From NCBI GenBank assembly GCA_965205945.1, contig CBDBIB010000001.1, positions 352,001-416,000 of the forward strand: a DNA stretch of 64,000 nucleotides, given 5' to 3'. Positions 1 through 13,968 of this stretch are shown piece by piece. Origin of the DNA: Bdellovibrionales bacterium (GTDB lineage: Bacteria > Bdellovibrionota > Bdellovibrionia > Bdellovibrionales > UBA1609). The notes beneath the pieces are model-generated. The model worked only from the letters and a program-made list of their open reading frames with translations. It had not been told where the DNA came from and did not search any database. Positions within the stretch are counted from its first letter, which is position 1, and the number at the start of each line of letters is the position of its first letter. A program made the translations under genes and the position numbers.

Positions 1-1016
1 TGATTTGCTATTGGCGATAATAAATTTAAATCATACTCTGTGAATCGACCTTTAAAAAACCTTAGCATTTCCTCATATGAAATCTTAGCATCTTCTTTCT
101 TAGATATATTTATTATGTTTTTACTTTTAAAGTTATATCCATAACTAGTTTCTATTGTTTCAATTTTATTTTTTAATTTTTGTATGCAATTTTTTATAAA
201 AGATCGCTCTCTTTTAGAATAAAAAAACACCTGTTCTTTAAAAAACTCCCTTTGATAGATAAAAAATAAATTTTCATACCCTTGGTTTCTTGGGTATAAG
301 AAGAGATTTTGATTCTCTTTAGGGCCTTGACTGATGTTATTTAAAACAAACCTTACCTCTTCAATTTGTGAAGAAAAATTTGAAAACTCAAATTCAACTT
401 CGTTCTCTTTTAAAGTTTTATATAACTCAATTTGTTTTTGCCATTGAACAATTTTTTTTTGAAACCTTAAAGTGCCTCCAGTAAACTGCTCCTGAAATCC
501 TATTGGTAAATCTAATAATAAAGATTCTAAGAAAATGTATTTATTAGACTTTAAAAGTTTATTTAAACCAAGTTTAATAAAGCTTCTAGGTATGATTTTT
601 CTTTGAAAAGCAGCTTCTACAGATTTAAAAGTCAAATCAAGCTTGGTCACATAATTAAACTCATTATTTTCAAAAAAATACTCCTTTAAAACATCAAAAA
701 CCTCATTCTCAACAAAAGGGTCTGGAAAATTTTTCACCCACTTAATATGATCTAATACGCCTTTTACATCTTCTGTGCCTTTAAGGGTGTACGGATAAAG
801 AAAATCATCAACAATTTTTAACCCTTCATCTTGAGTAAGTTTTTGAGTCAAAAGGTAGTCTAAGGTTACCACATCTCGATCTGATACAATCCTAGCCCCT
901 AGACTAAAGAAAATTTCTTTTACCTGAAGGCTTTCAGCCTCTGTGCTCACAACTAAAGTCCTTTGACCAAAATTGTTCTCATAATGTCTTTTAATTTCTT
1001 TATATATCTGCACCAT
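1..1016 (-). CDS. Partial hypothetical protein running off the left edge (possibly an AddB/RecC-like N-terminal region)
   Basis: Manual translation from the ATG at 1016 (MVQIYKEIKRHYENNFGQRTLVVST...FSSQIEEVRFV...) stays open to position 1. It is absent from the ORF track because no stop lies in the window. The product guess is weak. Confidence 0.7.
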   Translation of the reverse strand, partial: MVQIYKEIKRHYENNFGQRTLVVSTEAESLQVKEIFFSLGARIVSDRDVVTLDYLLTQKLTQDEGLKIVDDFLYPYTLKGTEDVKGVLDHIKWVKNFPDPFVENEVFDVLKEYFFENNEFNYVTKLDLTFKSVEAAFQRKIIPRSFIKLGLNKLLKSNKYIFLESLLLDLPIGFQEQFTGGTLRFQKKIVQWQKQIELYKTLKENEVEFEFSNFSSQIEEVRFVLNNISQGPKENQNLFLYPRNQGYENLFFIYQREFFKEQVFFYSKRERSFIKNCIQKLKNKIETIETSYGYNFKSKNIINISKKEDAKISYEEMLRFFKGRFTEYDLNLLSPIAN

Positions 1017-1640
1017 ACACGATCTTCTTTTCTCGTATTAAACCATAAATAAACAACACCAAAGACATAGTAAAAGGTTTAAACATATTAAGCTACCTTC
1101 CTGATTTATTTTAGATAAATTGCTAATTGTTGAAAAATTTAGCATGACAGACTAACCTTACTATTTTAGAAACAAAACACAAATTAGACCTCAAAGAAGA
1201 ATAGCATAAAAAATTTAAGTTTAAATAAGTTGAACTAGGCTCTGCCTTTCATTAAACCCTTCTCTTCAAAATTGTTTTAAAATTTACTTTCCAAAAATCT
1301 TTGGTAAAGATTTTTTTTAGAAATCGTATTTTTTCTTTACTTAAGGCCCGAACTTCATTCTCTTTTAAAACCTGCACTCCATTTAGCTCCACAAAAACTA
1401 AATACATGAGCAAAACTTGTAATTAAATATCTGTCTACTTCTTTAGTATTTCATATATGAACCAGGTTTTAGCCCAAGTATCTCACCAATAAAATACTCT
1501 AAAACCTCTTAATGCCGTAATAACAGGTTAGCTGGCCTGAAAACCATAGATTTCAACAATATTTTTATCTCACATTAAAGCCTTTTAGTATCATTAATAA
1601 CGAGTCAATTCGGAAAATTGTCTCATTTATGACTTAAGCT

Positions 1641-1667
1641 TAATATATTTTTAATTCATGTCGATAG
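1641..1667 (+). promoter_or_regulatory. sigma28 (FliA)-like promoter
   Basis: TAAT-N15-GTCGATAG versus consensus TAAA-N15-GCCGATAA; in-frame ATG 5 nt downstream at 1673. Confidence 0.4.
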
Positions 1668-2410
1668 AGTTTATGATGTGGGATGATAAAGTCAAAATTT
1701 TAATTATTTCGTATAACAACCACTTTCTTAGTGAACACACTCTTGAATTAGAGGCACACTTTAACATTCAAAGAGCAAATTCTGAACAAGTTGCTTTCTT
1801 TCTAATAAGGGAAGCTGGTATAAAACTTGTTCTTTTAGATATTGAATCTCCCATTTCTAATTCTATATACTCTTTAAGAAAGTCCTTTGGTTATGGTCTT
1901 GGCATCATCAGCATAGGAAATGATACCAGAACTAATATAGAGACTGCATTTAAAAATCATAGCGATATGTTTATACGCCGAACAGCTCATCCTCAACAGC
2001 TAATACTCTCTTGTTTTGCCTTAAAAAAACGTTTAGAAAGAACAAATCAAGTGGAGCAAAGAGAAAATCCAAAAAGCAGAAGTGACTCAAGAGCACGGAT
2101 TAAACTTGGTGAGATTGAGATTTTTCCAAAAGATTACCTTGTTCATTATGAAGGTAAAGCAATCAAAGTTACTCCGACTCAATTTAAACTATTACTTTCT
2201 TTTGTTTCAAAAACTGATGAGCTTTTGTCTCGCGAATGGCTACAAGAGCACATTTGGGAAGACAGTAATATTTCACATCGTTCAATAGACGCACATATAT
2301 CAAAATTAAAAAAAATAATCCCTTCTTTATCCGGCTCACTTATTAATATTTACGGAAAAGGGTATATGCTTAACTCATACCATCTAGAAGATGAGGCCAT
2401 AGTCGCCTAA
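1658..2410 (+). CDS. OmpR/PhoB-family response regulator with winged-helix domain and atypical receiver
   Basis: C-terminal VTPTQFKLL...LSREWL...RSIDAHISKLKK...IYGKGY wHTH; LVLLD receiver motif; true start may be 1673 or 1676. Confidence 0.85.
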   Translation: MSIEFMMWDDKVKILIISYNNHFLSEHTLELEAHFNIQRANSEQVAFFLIREAGIKLVLLDIESPISNSIYSLRKSFGYGLGIISIGNDTRTNIETAFKNHSDMFIRRTAHPQQLILSCFALKKRLERTNQVEQRENPKSRSDSRARIKLGEIEIFPKDYLVHYEGKAIKVTPTQFKLLLSFVSKTDELLSREWLQEHIWEDSNISHRSIDAHISKLKKIIPSLSGSLINIYGKGYMLNSYHLEDEAIVA

Positions 2411-3522
2411 GGACACTCATAATTTAGTGCAAATGATTTTCCTGGTGGTAAAGCTGGGTTAAATATTATTTCATCTAGATTTTCAGACAGAGTCCAGGAA
2501 TAATCACTATCAAGCCTTACATCCAAAGATTCTGCATCAATAAGTTTACATTTTAATCTTTCACTAGATTTTGTTTTAGATAAAATGTCTTTAATACTTC
2601 CTAACTCACTTGTATAATTATTAGAGCAGATGCTGCCTATTACGCCTGGAACTAGCTGGCCCCCAGCATAAGAGCCTATTGTTGCACCAGAAGCACTATT
2701 AATTAAAGATTCATTATTTGGATTTGTCATAGCCATATAAAATTCGCCTATAACTCCACGAATATTTATATTTCCACCTTGTCCTCTTTGAGCAGCTCTA
2801 CAAGACACTGTATCTGTAACAATTGCATGAACACTTACGTCTGTATTTCTACCTAATCTTGTACTAATAGCTGAAAATAAGTTTTCTGGATAGTCTAAAG
2901 CCTCAGGCCTTCTATTTGGATACTGACTTAAAGAGTTTCCATGGCCTCTAACATCTTCATCTGATAGAAAGATAATAGATAAATGACCATTTTTTCTAAA
3001 AAAGTTTCTTTTATTCCCATCCACGGCTAAAAAAGCTGAATAAATACCTCTTTCATCATCTGAAGGACAACGATCCTTATTATAATTACTTTCTTCACAA
3101 TCTAAGGTTTCCTTTCTTTTAACTGTACTTCTAAACTGACTCTCTATATTTTTAGTTTTTGGTGTTAAATAATAATCACCGTTTGAAAACTGTAAGAAAT
3201 TACCATTTTGAAGCTTACCATTATTAACAAGTTTTCTTGTTTCTGATGAAACATCCGTAGTGATTATACCTATTCTATAATCTAGGCCAGCAAGCTCTAA
3301 ACCTTCTACAAAGTTTGGAAAGCTTTCTGCCATTCTTTCTTGCTCTACTGACATTGAGCCTGAGTTGTCTACCACAAATAAAATATCAACCTGCCCCACA
3401 TCTACAGTATATGCTTGAATAGACATATCTACTTTTGAAAATTCTGTATCGGAACAAGCAGTAAGACCACTTAAGACTATAAGTGCTAGCTTTATTTTTA
3501 TTATCTTATTTAAATACATCAT
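2407..3522 (-). CDS. Lipoprotein with vWA/MIDAS-like domain
   Basis: Lipobox LTAC; VDILFVVDNSGSM (DxSxS MIDAS); IIFLSDED; several Cys. Confidence 0.75.
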   Translation of the reverse strand: MMYLNKIIKIKLALIVLSGLTACSDTEFSKVDMSIQAYTVDVGQVDILFVVDNSGSMSVEQERMAESFPNFVEGLELAGLDYRIGIITTDVSSETRKLVNNGKLQNGNFLQFSNGDYYLTPKTKNIESQFRSTVKRKETLDCEESNYNKDRCPSDDERGIYSAFLAVDGNKRNFFRKNGHLSIIFLSDEDVRGHGNSLSQYPNRRPEALDYPENLFSAISTRLGRNTDVSVHAIVTDTVSCRAAQRGQGGNINIRGVIGEFYMAMTNPNNESLINSASGATIGSYAGGQLVPGVIGSICSNNYTSELGSIKDILSKTKSSERLKCKLIDAESLDVRLDSDYSWTLSENLDEIIFNPALPPGKSFALNYECP

Positions 3523-3656
3523 AATTAACTCCCTGCTAGGAGTATTCCAAGAAATATACCAAATTTAAAAATCCTAAGTGTTTATTTTTATTAGTCTTTA
3601 TACATGAAGATTTTTCTAAAGGTGAGCAGATTTTATTCAAAGGCCGAACTTTGTCT

Positions 3657-3683
3657 TTAGTCTGAATTTTTTTCATCCGATGA
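3657..3683 (+). promoter_or_regulatory. sigma28-like promoter
   Basis: TTAG-N15-TCCGATGA; in-frame ATG 6 nt downstream at 3690. Confidence 0.4.
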
Positions 3684-4166
3684 ATGTACATGAATAAAGG
3701 CACTTTAAATCAAAAATACTTAGGTTTTTTTCTAATTATATCCTCATTAACAGCTTTAATACTCTTATTAAAATATGGTGATTTTATTTCAACAAGTAAC
3801 GGCAAAAAAAAATCTATCCTTGCAATTAAACAAGAAAAAAAGAGCCTGTTTCAGCTCTTATGGGAGGAGGATATTAAGAAAATGTATAATAAAAACCTCT
3901 TCCATAATAATATAGTTTCCTTAAATAGGGTTCGTATTTTCCTATTAGATCAAAATCTTCATAGGCATTTTGATAAACTTAAAGCGCCATTTAAAGTAAA
4001 TAAAAATGGAAATAACTTATTAGAAGTAAGCTTTATGTCTCATCATTCTCAACTAGACAACACGGATAAGCTCATTGTCCAATACAACTTAATAAATAAA
4101 CATAGTAAAGAAATGTTTTGGGAGTATTCTAGAACAATTATACTTCCAGATAGTATTTTAAATTAA
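3684..4166 (+). CDS. Hypothetical protein with N-terminal transmembrane helix
   Basis: 160-aa ORF; hydrophobic segment YLGFFLIISSLTALILLL. Confidence 0.7.
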   Translation: MYMNKGTLNQKYLGFFLIISSLTALILLLKYGDFISTSNGKKKSILAIKQEKKSLFQLLWEEDIKKMYNKNLFHNNIVSLNRVRIFLLDQNLHRHFDKLKAPFKVNKNGNNLLEVSFMSHHSQLDNTDKLIVQYNLINKHSKEMFWEYSRTIILPDSILN

Positions 4167-4167
4167 A

Positions 4168-4203
4168 TAAAAAAAGCCTAGAAGGGTTTCCCTTACTAGG
4201 CTT
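4168..4203 (-). terminator. Rho-independent terminator of the rRNA operon
   Basis: AAGCCTAG...CTAGGCTT hairpin followed by a T-run on the minus strand, just past 5S. Confidence 0.75.
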
Positions 4204-4212
4204 GAAAAAAAA

Positions 4213-4328
4213 GGTTGGCATCGTGCTACTCTCTCACAGACTACTCTGCAATACCATCGCCGCTGATGGACTTAACTTCTGAGTTCGGAATGGATTCAGG
4301 TGTACCCCCACTGCTATAGACACCAACA
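4213..4328 (-). rRNA. rrf: 5S rRNA
   Basis: Reverse complement contains ACACCTGAATCCATTCCGAACTCAGAAGTTAAG...GATGGTA; terminal GTTGG/CCAAC helix. Confidence 0.95.
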
Positions 4329-4505
4329 AAAAATAATTAGGTAAATAATATATATAAGTTTAATACACAGATCTCATAATTTTAAAAAATTTCTTTTATA
4401 ATTAAACTAAGCTTTTAATAAGAACTATTTTCAAAAATTTGCAACAAATATGTTAAAATTAACTCAAGTCATTCTTAACAAGCCCAAACATTAAAGAAAT
4501 CTGAA

Positions 4506-7447
<2,942 letters not shown>

Positions 7448-7672
7448 TCGTTCATGTTAAAGCCTGTTAAGAATCACTTGAATTAATCAAGTGTTGCAAC
7501 TTTTGAAATGTCTTACTTTATATTTTTTGAATATTATAGTTTATAATATAACTTTCAATGTATCTATACTTATTTAGCACCCAGTTTAACTCATTTAGAA
7601 ATTCGAAAAAACATTATGATGTTTTACTCTGTGTTTTTAAAAAATTAAACTGATATATAATAATTTACCTAA

Positions 7673-7684
7673 TTGTCAAAGAAC
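7673..7684 (-). promoter_or_regulatory. Spacer boxA antitermination element
   Basis: GTTCTTTGACAA on the rRNA strand between tRNA-Ile and 23S. Confidence 0.7.
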
Positions 7685-7739
7685 TAACCCCTAAAGGGTG
7701 CACTTGCTTTTAAAGCTCATTTTGAGTTCGTCTCTCAGT

Positions 7740-7816
<77 letters not shown>

Positions 7817-7900
7817 AAATAGTTGCTCTCTCAAAGTTGAATAGTTTTTGTGTTTTTTGGATTGACCTAAGACGAAGAAACCTAAGTTTCTTATTTTATC

Positions 7901-9419
<1,519 letters not shown>

Positions 9420-9553
9420 AAATCTGTATCATATCATTTATTATTAAAACGAATTTCAAAAAAATTTTAGTTCTAACCAATAGCTGTTAAATGGCCATTA
9501 AAACATCCACTTAAGCTACTAAATTAAAAGCCAAAAAACCAAAAACTATTCAA

Positions 9554-9565
9554 TTTTCAAAGAGC
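9554..9565 (-). promoter_or_regulatory. Leader boxA of the rRNA operon
   Basis: GCTCTTTGAAAA upstream of 16S, next to the 16S processing stem (pairs with about 7826-7858). Confidence 0.75.
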
Positions 9566-9588
9566 TGATTGCATCGAGCTAAGGTGTG

Positions 9589-9617
9589 GTTCTATGCTCA
9601 GTTTTAATTTAAGTCAA
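9589..9617 (-). promoter_or_regulatory. sigma70 promoter of the rRNA operon
   Basis: TTGACT-N17-TAGAAC just upstream of the leader boxA. Confidence 0.65.
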
Positions 9618-10112
9618 TGAGACTGTCTAAAAAAAAATACTTTTCTATATTTTTTCTCTTATAATTTTTTTAAAGATAAACAAAGCAAAAAAAACACAGT
9701 TACTACAATTACTTAACAAAAATATGCTCTTTAAAACACACATAAAAATATGGCACTTAATCTTTAAATATTTATTTTTTACGCGCCCTTTTAAGCATAA
9801 CCAAGAACTATAAAGTATTAAAAAATCTCTTATTTTCTGCTAACAGCTCTTTAATGACAAGCAACTTTCTCAAGCGTTATTATTAAAATCACTGTGCTCT
9901 TTAAAAACCTAATTTATATACCTTTGCCTTAACTCCACTTTTATGGAAAAAAGAAGTTTAGTTTTCTTTAAAAAACCAAAAAAAACTAAGATTAATTTTA
10001 AAATGTCTAATGTTTTACATTTTAAAACTATCCCCATATAACGGACTCTTTAACAATGTTTAAATTAAACGGCTGCATAAAAAAATAATATATTTAAAAT
10101 AGGAGAACATTC

Positions 10113-11789
10113 ATGACTGAAAAAATCATATACACAATGAAAAATGTAAGCAAAGTTTATCCTCCTAACAAGTATGTCTTAAAAAATATTTACTTATCAT
10201 ACTTTTACGGAGCAAAGATTGGTGTTTTAGGGTTAAATGGATCTGGAAAAAGTTCTTTACTAAATATTATAGCAGGAAAAGATGGGGATTTCTTAGGTGA
10301 ATCTTTTCCTTCTAAAGATTTTAAACTTGGCTACTTAGAACAAGAACCTAGGTTAGACCCTAAAAAAACAGTTAAAGAAAATATTTTAGAGGGAATAGGG
10401 GAGCTTTCAATTCTGCTTAAAGAATTTGAAAAGATTAGTATGGACATGTGTGATCCTAATATTTCAGACGATCAGATAAATAAACTTGCTAATAAACAGG
10501 GTGATATCCAAGAAAAGATTGAGGCTCAAGATGGCTGGGAAATTGACCAGAAAATCAATATGGCAATGGAAGCCCTAAGATGTCCTCTTGAAAACGAAAG
10601 TATTCAGAATCTTTCTGGAGGGGAAAAAAGACGTGTGGCTTTAGCAAAGCTTTTATTATCTGAACCAGATATTTTATTACTTGATGAACCCACCAATCAT
10701 TTAGATACAGAGTCTGTAGCTTGGCTTGAGCACTATTTAGCAAAGTTTCCAGGCACTGTTATTGCTGTCACTCATGATAGATATTTCTTAGATAACGTTG
10801 CAGGATGGATTTTAGAACTTGATCGAGGTCAAGGAATTCCCTGGAAAGGAAACTACTCTTCATGGCTTGAACAAAAAAATAAAAGACTGCAACAAGAAGA
10901 AAGAGGAGAAGGCCGCAAACAAAAACTTTTAGAAAAAGAGCTTGAATGGATGAAAATGACTCCTAAAGGACGCCATATAAAGTCGAAAGCGAGAATCTCT
11001 CAATATGAAGAACTTTTAAAAGAGCCGAGTAAAGAAAAACTTCAAGATCTTCAAATATATATTCCTCCTGGACCTCGTTTAGGTGAATTAGTTATTCAAG
11101 CTAAAAATATTTCAAAGGCTTTTAGTAAAAAAATTTTGTTTACAGATTTTTCTTTTGAAGTTCCAAGGGGAGCAATTATTGGAATTATAGGGCCAAATGG
11201 TGCAGGTAAAACCACGTTATTTAAAATGATGGCAGGGGCTGAAGCTCCAGATTCTGGTGAATTTAAAATTGGTAGCACTGTTAAAATAGCTTACATAGAC
11301 CAGTCAAGAAAAGATTTAGATCCTAAAAAAACTGTTTGGGAGCAGATTTCAGAAGGGAATGAAGTTATGCAGGTGGGTGATCAAGAAATGAATTCCCGTG
11401 CTTATGTTTCTAAATTTAACTTTGCTGGAGGAGACCAGCAAAAAAAAATTAAAGCTTTGTCTGGAGGAGAACGAAATAGAGTTCAACTTGCAATGCTGCT
11501 GTCACAAGGAGCAAATCTAATTCTTTTAGATGAGCCTACAAATGATTTAGATGTAAATACAATAAGAGCTTTAGAGGGCGCATTACTCGCTTTTGGAGGT
11601 AGTGCTGTAGTAATTTCCCATGACCGCTGGTTCCTGGATAGAATCTGTACTCACACTATGGCTTTTGAAGGAAGTTCTTATGTAAAATGTTTTCCAGGCC
11701 CTTACTCTGAATATGAGGAAGACTATAAGAACAGAAAAGGAGTAGATACAATTCAACCTAAAAGAATTCAATACCTAAAACTCAACTAA
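10113..11789 (+). CDS. ettA: Energy-dependent translational throttle A (ABC-F)
   Basis: Two ABC cassettes (GLNGSGKS, LSGGE, DEPTN); YFYGAKIGVLG and PWKGNYSSWL motifs typical of EttA. Confidence 0.93.
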   Translation: MTEKIIYTMKNVSKVYPPNKYVLKNIYLSYFYGAKIGVLGLNGSGKSSLLNIIAGKDGDFLGESFPSKDFKLGYLEQEPRLDPKKTVKENILEGIGELSILLKEFEKISMDMCDPNISDDQINKLANKQGDIQEKIEAQDGWEIDQKINMAMEALRCPLENESIQNLSGGEKRRVALAKLLLSEPDILLLDEPTNHLDTESVAWLEHYLAKFPGTVIAVTHDRYFLDNVAGWILELDRGQGIPWKGNYSSWLEQKNKRLQQEERGEGRKQKLLEKELEWMKMTPKGRHIKSKARISQYEELLKEPSKEKLQDLQIYIPPGPRLGELVIQAKNISKAFSKKILFTDFSFEVPRGAIIGIIGPNGAGKTTLFKMMAGAEAPDSGEFKIGSTVKIAYIDQSRKDLDPKKTVWEQISEGNEVMQVGDQEMNSRAYVSKFNFAGGDQQKKIKALSGGERNRVQLAMLLSQGANLILLDEPTNDLDVNTIRALEGALLAFGGSAVVISHDRWFLDRICTHTMAFEGSSYVKCFPGPYSEYEEDYKNRKGVDTIQPKRIQYLKLN

Positions 11790-11903
11790 TTTTATTAAGG
11801 AAAGTACAAAATAAAAGGTGCATTTCCTACTTGCTTAATTATACTCTTGCTGCCAGTATTTTAGATGTCGTAATTTTAAATAATACAAGGAGGAAAGATT
11901 ACT

Positions 11904-12380
11904 ATGGCAGCAAAGAAAAAAACTACAAGAAAAGCAGCTAAGAAAAAAGTAGCTAGGAAGAAAACTACAAAAAAAGTAGCTAGAAAAAAAACTAAGAAAA
12001 AAGTAGCTAGAAAAAAAACTAAGAAAAAAGTAGCTAGGAAGAAAACTACAAAAAAAGTAGCTAAAAAGAAAACTAAGAAAAAAACAGCTAAGAGGAAAAC
12101 TACAAAAAAAGTAGCTAAAAAGAAAACAAAAAGAAAGGCCAACCCAGCTTTTATGAAGCCCTTAACTTTAAGTAGTAAACTTGCTGAAGTACTTGGAAAC
12201 AAACCTTTACCAAGAACAGAAGTAGTCAAGCAGCTTTGGATATATATTAAGAAATTCAATCTTCAAGATCCTAAGAACAAACGAAATATTGTTGCTGACC
12301 CTAAACTAAAAGCTGTTTTTGGTAAGCCTGTAGTAAGTATGTTTGAAATGCAAAAACTTATCTCCAAGCACTTATCTTAA
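11904..12380 (+). CDS. SWIB/MDM2-domain protein with Lys/Arg-rich histone-H1-like N-terminal repeats
   Basis: C-terminal PAFMKPLTLS...LPRTEVVKQLWIYIKKFNLQDPKNKRNI.AD.KLKAVFG...MFEM SWIB motif; strong RBS AGGAGG. Confidence 0.9.
   Translation: MAAKKKTTRKAAKKKVARKKTTKKVARKKTKKKVARKKTKKKVARKKTTKKVAKKKTKKKTAKRKTTKKVAKKKTKRKANPAFMKPLTLSSKLAEVLGNKPLPRTEVVKQLWIYIKKFNLQDPKNKRNIVADPKLKAVFGKPVVSMFEMQKLISKHLS
11913..12137 (+). repeat. Coding tandem repeat of about 27-30 bp units encoding KKT(T/K)KK(K)VA(R/K)
   Basis: About 7 imperfect copies of AAGAAAAAAGTAGCTAGAAAAAAAACT-like units. Confidence 0.85.
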
Positions 12381-12393
12381 ACTCTTTAAAAAC

Positions 12394-12436
12394 TTAAATA
12401 AAAAAAGCCTGCTCAAAGCGGGCTTTTTTTATTTAA
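12394..12436. terminator. Bidirectional intrinsic terminator
   Basis: TTAAATAAAAAAAGCCTGC-TCAAA-GCGGGCTTTTTTTATTTAA. Confidence 0.85.
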
Positions 12437-12479
12437 AACAATTTATTACGCGAATTAAAAAGGTTCTTAGATTTGAATA

Positions 12480-12508
12480 TTGACCAAAGAGCTTTCTAAC
12501 CATAGAAA
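12480..12508 (+). promoter_or_regulatory. sigma70-like promoter of map (likely leaderless)
   Basis: TTGACC-N17-TAGAAA, 7 nt before the ATG, with no Shine-Dalgarno. Confidence 0.5.
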
Positions 12509-12515
12509 ATAGTTT

Positions 12516-13298
12516 ATGGAAATAGGAAAATTATCGTTTATAAATGGCATGAAGAAGGCTGGCAAGCTTGCGGCTGAAACACTTAAATATGTGAAGCCTT
12601 ATATTAAGCCTGGAATAACGACTAATGAAATTAATCAACTTGTTCATGACTACACACTATCTAATGGAGCCATCCCTGCGCCTTTAGGCTATAAAGGCTT
12701 TCCAAAATCTGTTTGTACATCGATAAATAGCTGCATCTGCCATGGTCTTCCAGATGAAACAGTTCTTAAAGATGGTGATATTATAAACGTTGATGTCACA
12801 TCAATTGTGAACGGTTACCATGGCGACACATCTACAACATTTTATGTTGGCAAAGTAAGTCAAGAAAACAAAAAGCTAGTGTACACAGCTTATAAGGCTA
12901 TGCACAAAGGTATTTTAGAGCTTGGCCCTGATAAAAGAACTGGCGACGTAGGTTTTGCAGTAGGTAAATATATCACTAAACATGGCTATGTTGCTGTAAA
13001 AGATATTGGTGGTCATGGAATTGGAACAGTTTTTCATACAGACCCCTTTGTCCCATCTCATGGGAAAAAAGGTAAAGGTGAAAAGTTTCAACCTTGGACG
13101 TGTGTGACCGTTGAACCTATGGTGAATATGAATTCCCTGCCTTTTAAAAAATATGATATTCCAAATTCTAAAATCAAATACTACCTAACACAAGATGGAA
13201 CACCATCAGCTCAGTTTGAACATACAGTACTGATTACAGACACTGGATATGAGATTATGACTCAATCAGGTGACGAAGTACTTATCCCTGAAATATAG
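12516..13298 (+). CDS. map: Methionine aminopeptidase type I
   Basis: GFPKSVCTSIN..ICHGLP, DIINVDVT...GYHGDTS, GHGIG, EPMVN, SAQFEHT. Confidence 0.95.
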   Translation: MEIGKLSFINGMKKAGKLAAETLKYVKPYIKPGITTNEINQLVHDYTLSNGAIPAPLGYKGFPKSVCTSINSCICHGLPDETVLKDGDIINVDVTSIVNGYHGDTSTTFYVGKVSQENKKLVYTAYKAMHKGILELGPDKRTGDVGFAVGKYITKHGYVAVKDIGGHGIGTVFHTDPFVPSHGKKGKGEKFQPWTCVTVEPMVNMNSLPFKKYDIPNSKIKYYLTQDGTPSAQFEHTVLITDTGYEIMTQSGDEVLIPEI

Positions 13299-13336
13299 CT
13301 CTTTAAACCGAGTAGTCCCTTTTCTACTCACTAAAT

Positions 13337-13410
13337 TGGAGGTGGCGGCCGGATTCGAACCGGCGTCAACGGCTTTGCAGGCCGGCGCATAGCCTCTTTG
13401 CTACGCCACC
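13337..13410 (-). tRNA. tRNA-Cys(GCA)
   Basis: GGTGGCGTAGCAAAG...CGGC-CT-GCA-AA-GCCG...GGTTCGAATCC...CGCCACCTCCA; U73 discriminator. Confidence 0.93.
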
Positions 13411-13472
13411 TTAATGATGAACAAAATAGACCTTTTTTACAATCAAAACAAGGCTGATTTTAAATTTAATCT

Positions 13473-13790
13473 TATAGACCGTCTATAAAAGAGTACAAAA
13501 AGCCTGAGCCTTTATACTACCCCTTCCATGATGAAACCACTAGAGTAACTCAATGTGGAAAAGTTTGTACTAAAAGCTTAAAGGTGAGTTTATCAAGGGC
13601 TTTTATAGGGGTAGAGGTAGGAATTAAGGAAATGGAGGATGGAATATAGGTAATTAGTTTTTTAAATTATGGTTTAAAATATTTTGATGATAAAAATAAA
13701 CGAGTGGAACCAATAGCCGATCCTTTTGATTTAGGAAAAGTGTAAACCATGTCTCTGGTATAAAATGTAAATTATTTCTCCGATATGGAC
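13473..13790 (+). mobile_element. IS481-family insertion sequence remnant (transposase C-terminus plus right end)
   Basis: Frame 13473-13745 reads YRPSIKEYKKPEPLYYPFHDETTRVTQCGKVC...VGIKEMEDGI*VISFLNYGLKYFD...VEPIADPF, matching the IS481 C-terminal YPFHD...CG...VGIKE..DGIW..SF pattern. Internal TAG at 13647. End repeats TGTAAACCATGTCTCTGGTAT and TGTAAATTATTTCTCCGATAT. Confidence 0.8.
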
Positions 13791-13818
13791 CTTCGGATTT
13801 GGAGTCTAGCATTTTGAT

Positions 13819-13894
<76 letters not shown>

Positions 13895-13968
13895 AATAAA
13901 ATATAAAAAAATCAAGTTGCCTAAAATTCTATTTTAGGTCAAGACTATTTTAAAGAATTTGGAATATA

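Noticed and set aside
1252..1407. 51-codon minus-strand ORF (MYLVFVELNG...)
   Set aside because: No RBS or recognisable motif; compatible with chance in AT-rich DNA
3533..3563. sigma54 promoter upstream of the vWA lipoprotein
   Set aside because: One candidate has GG instead of GC at -12 and the other is too close to the start codon
11913..12137. Possible CRISPR array
   Set aside because: Repeats are contiguous and coding, with no unique spacers and no cas genes
11876..12259. Phe/Leu/Val-rich 127-aa minus-strand ORF resembling a membrane protein
   Set aside because: It is the antisense mirror of the Lys-rich repeat in the SWIB gene
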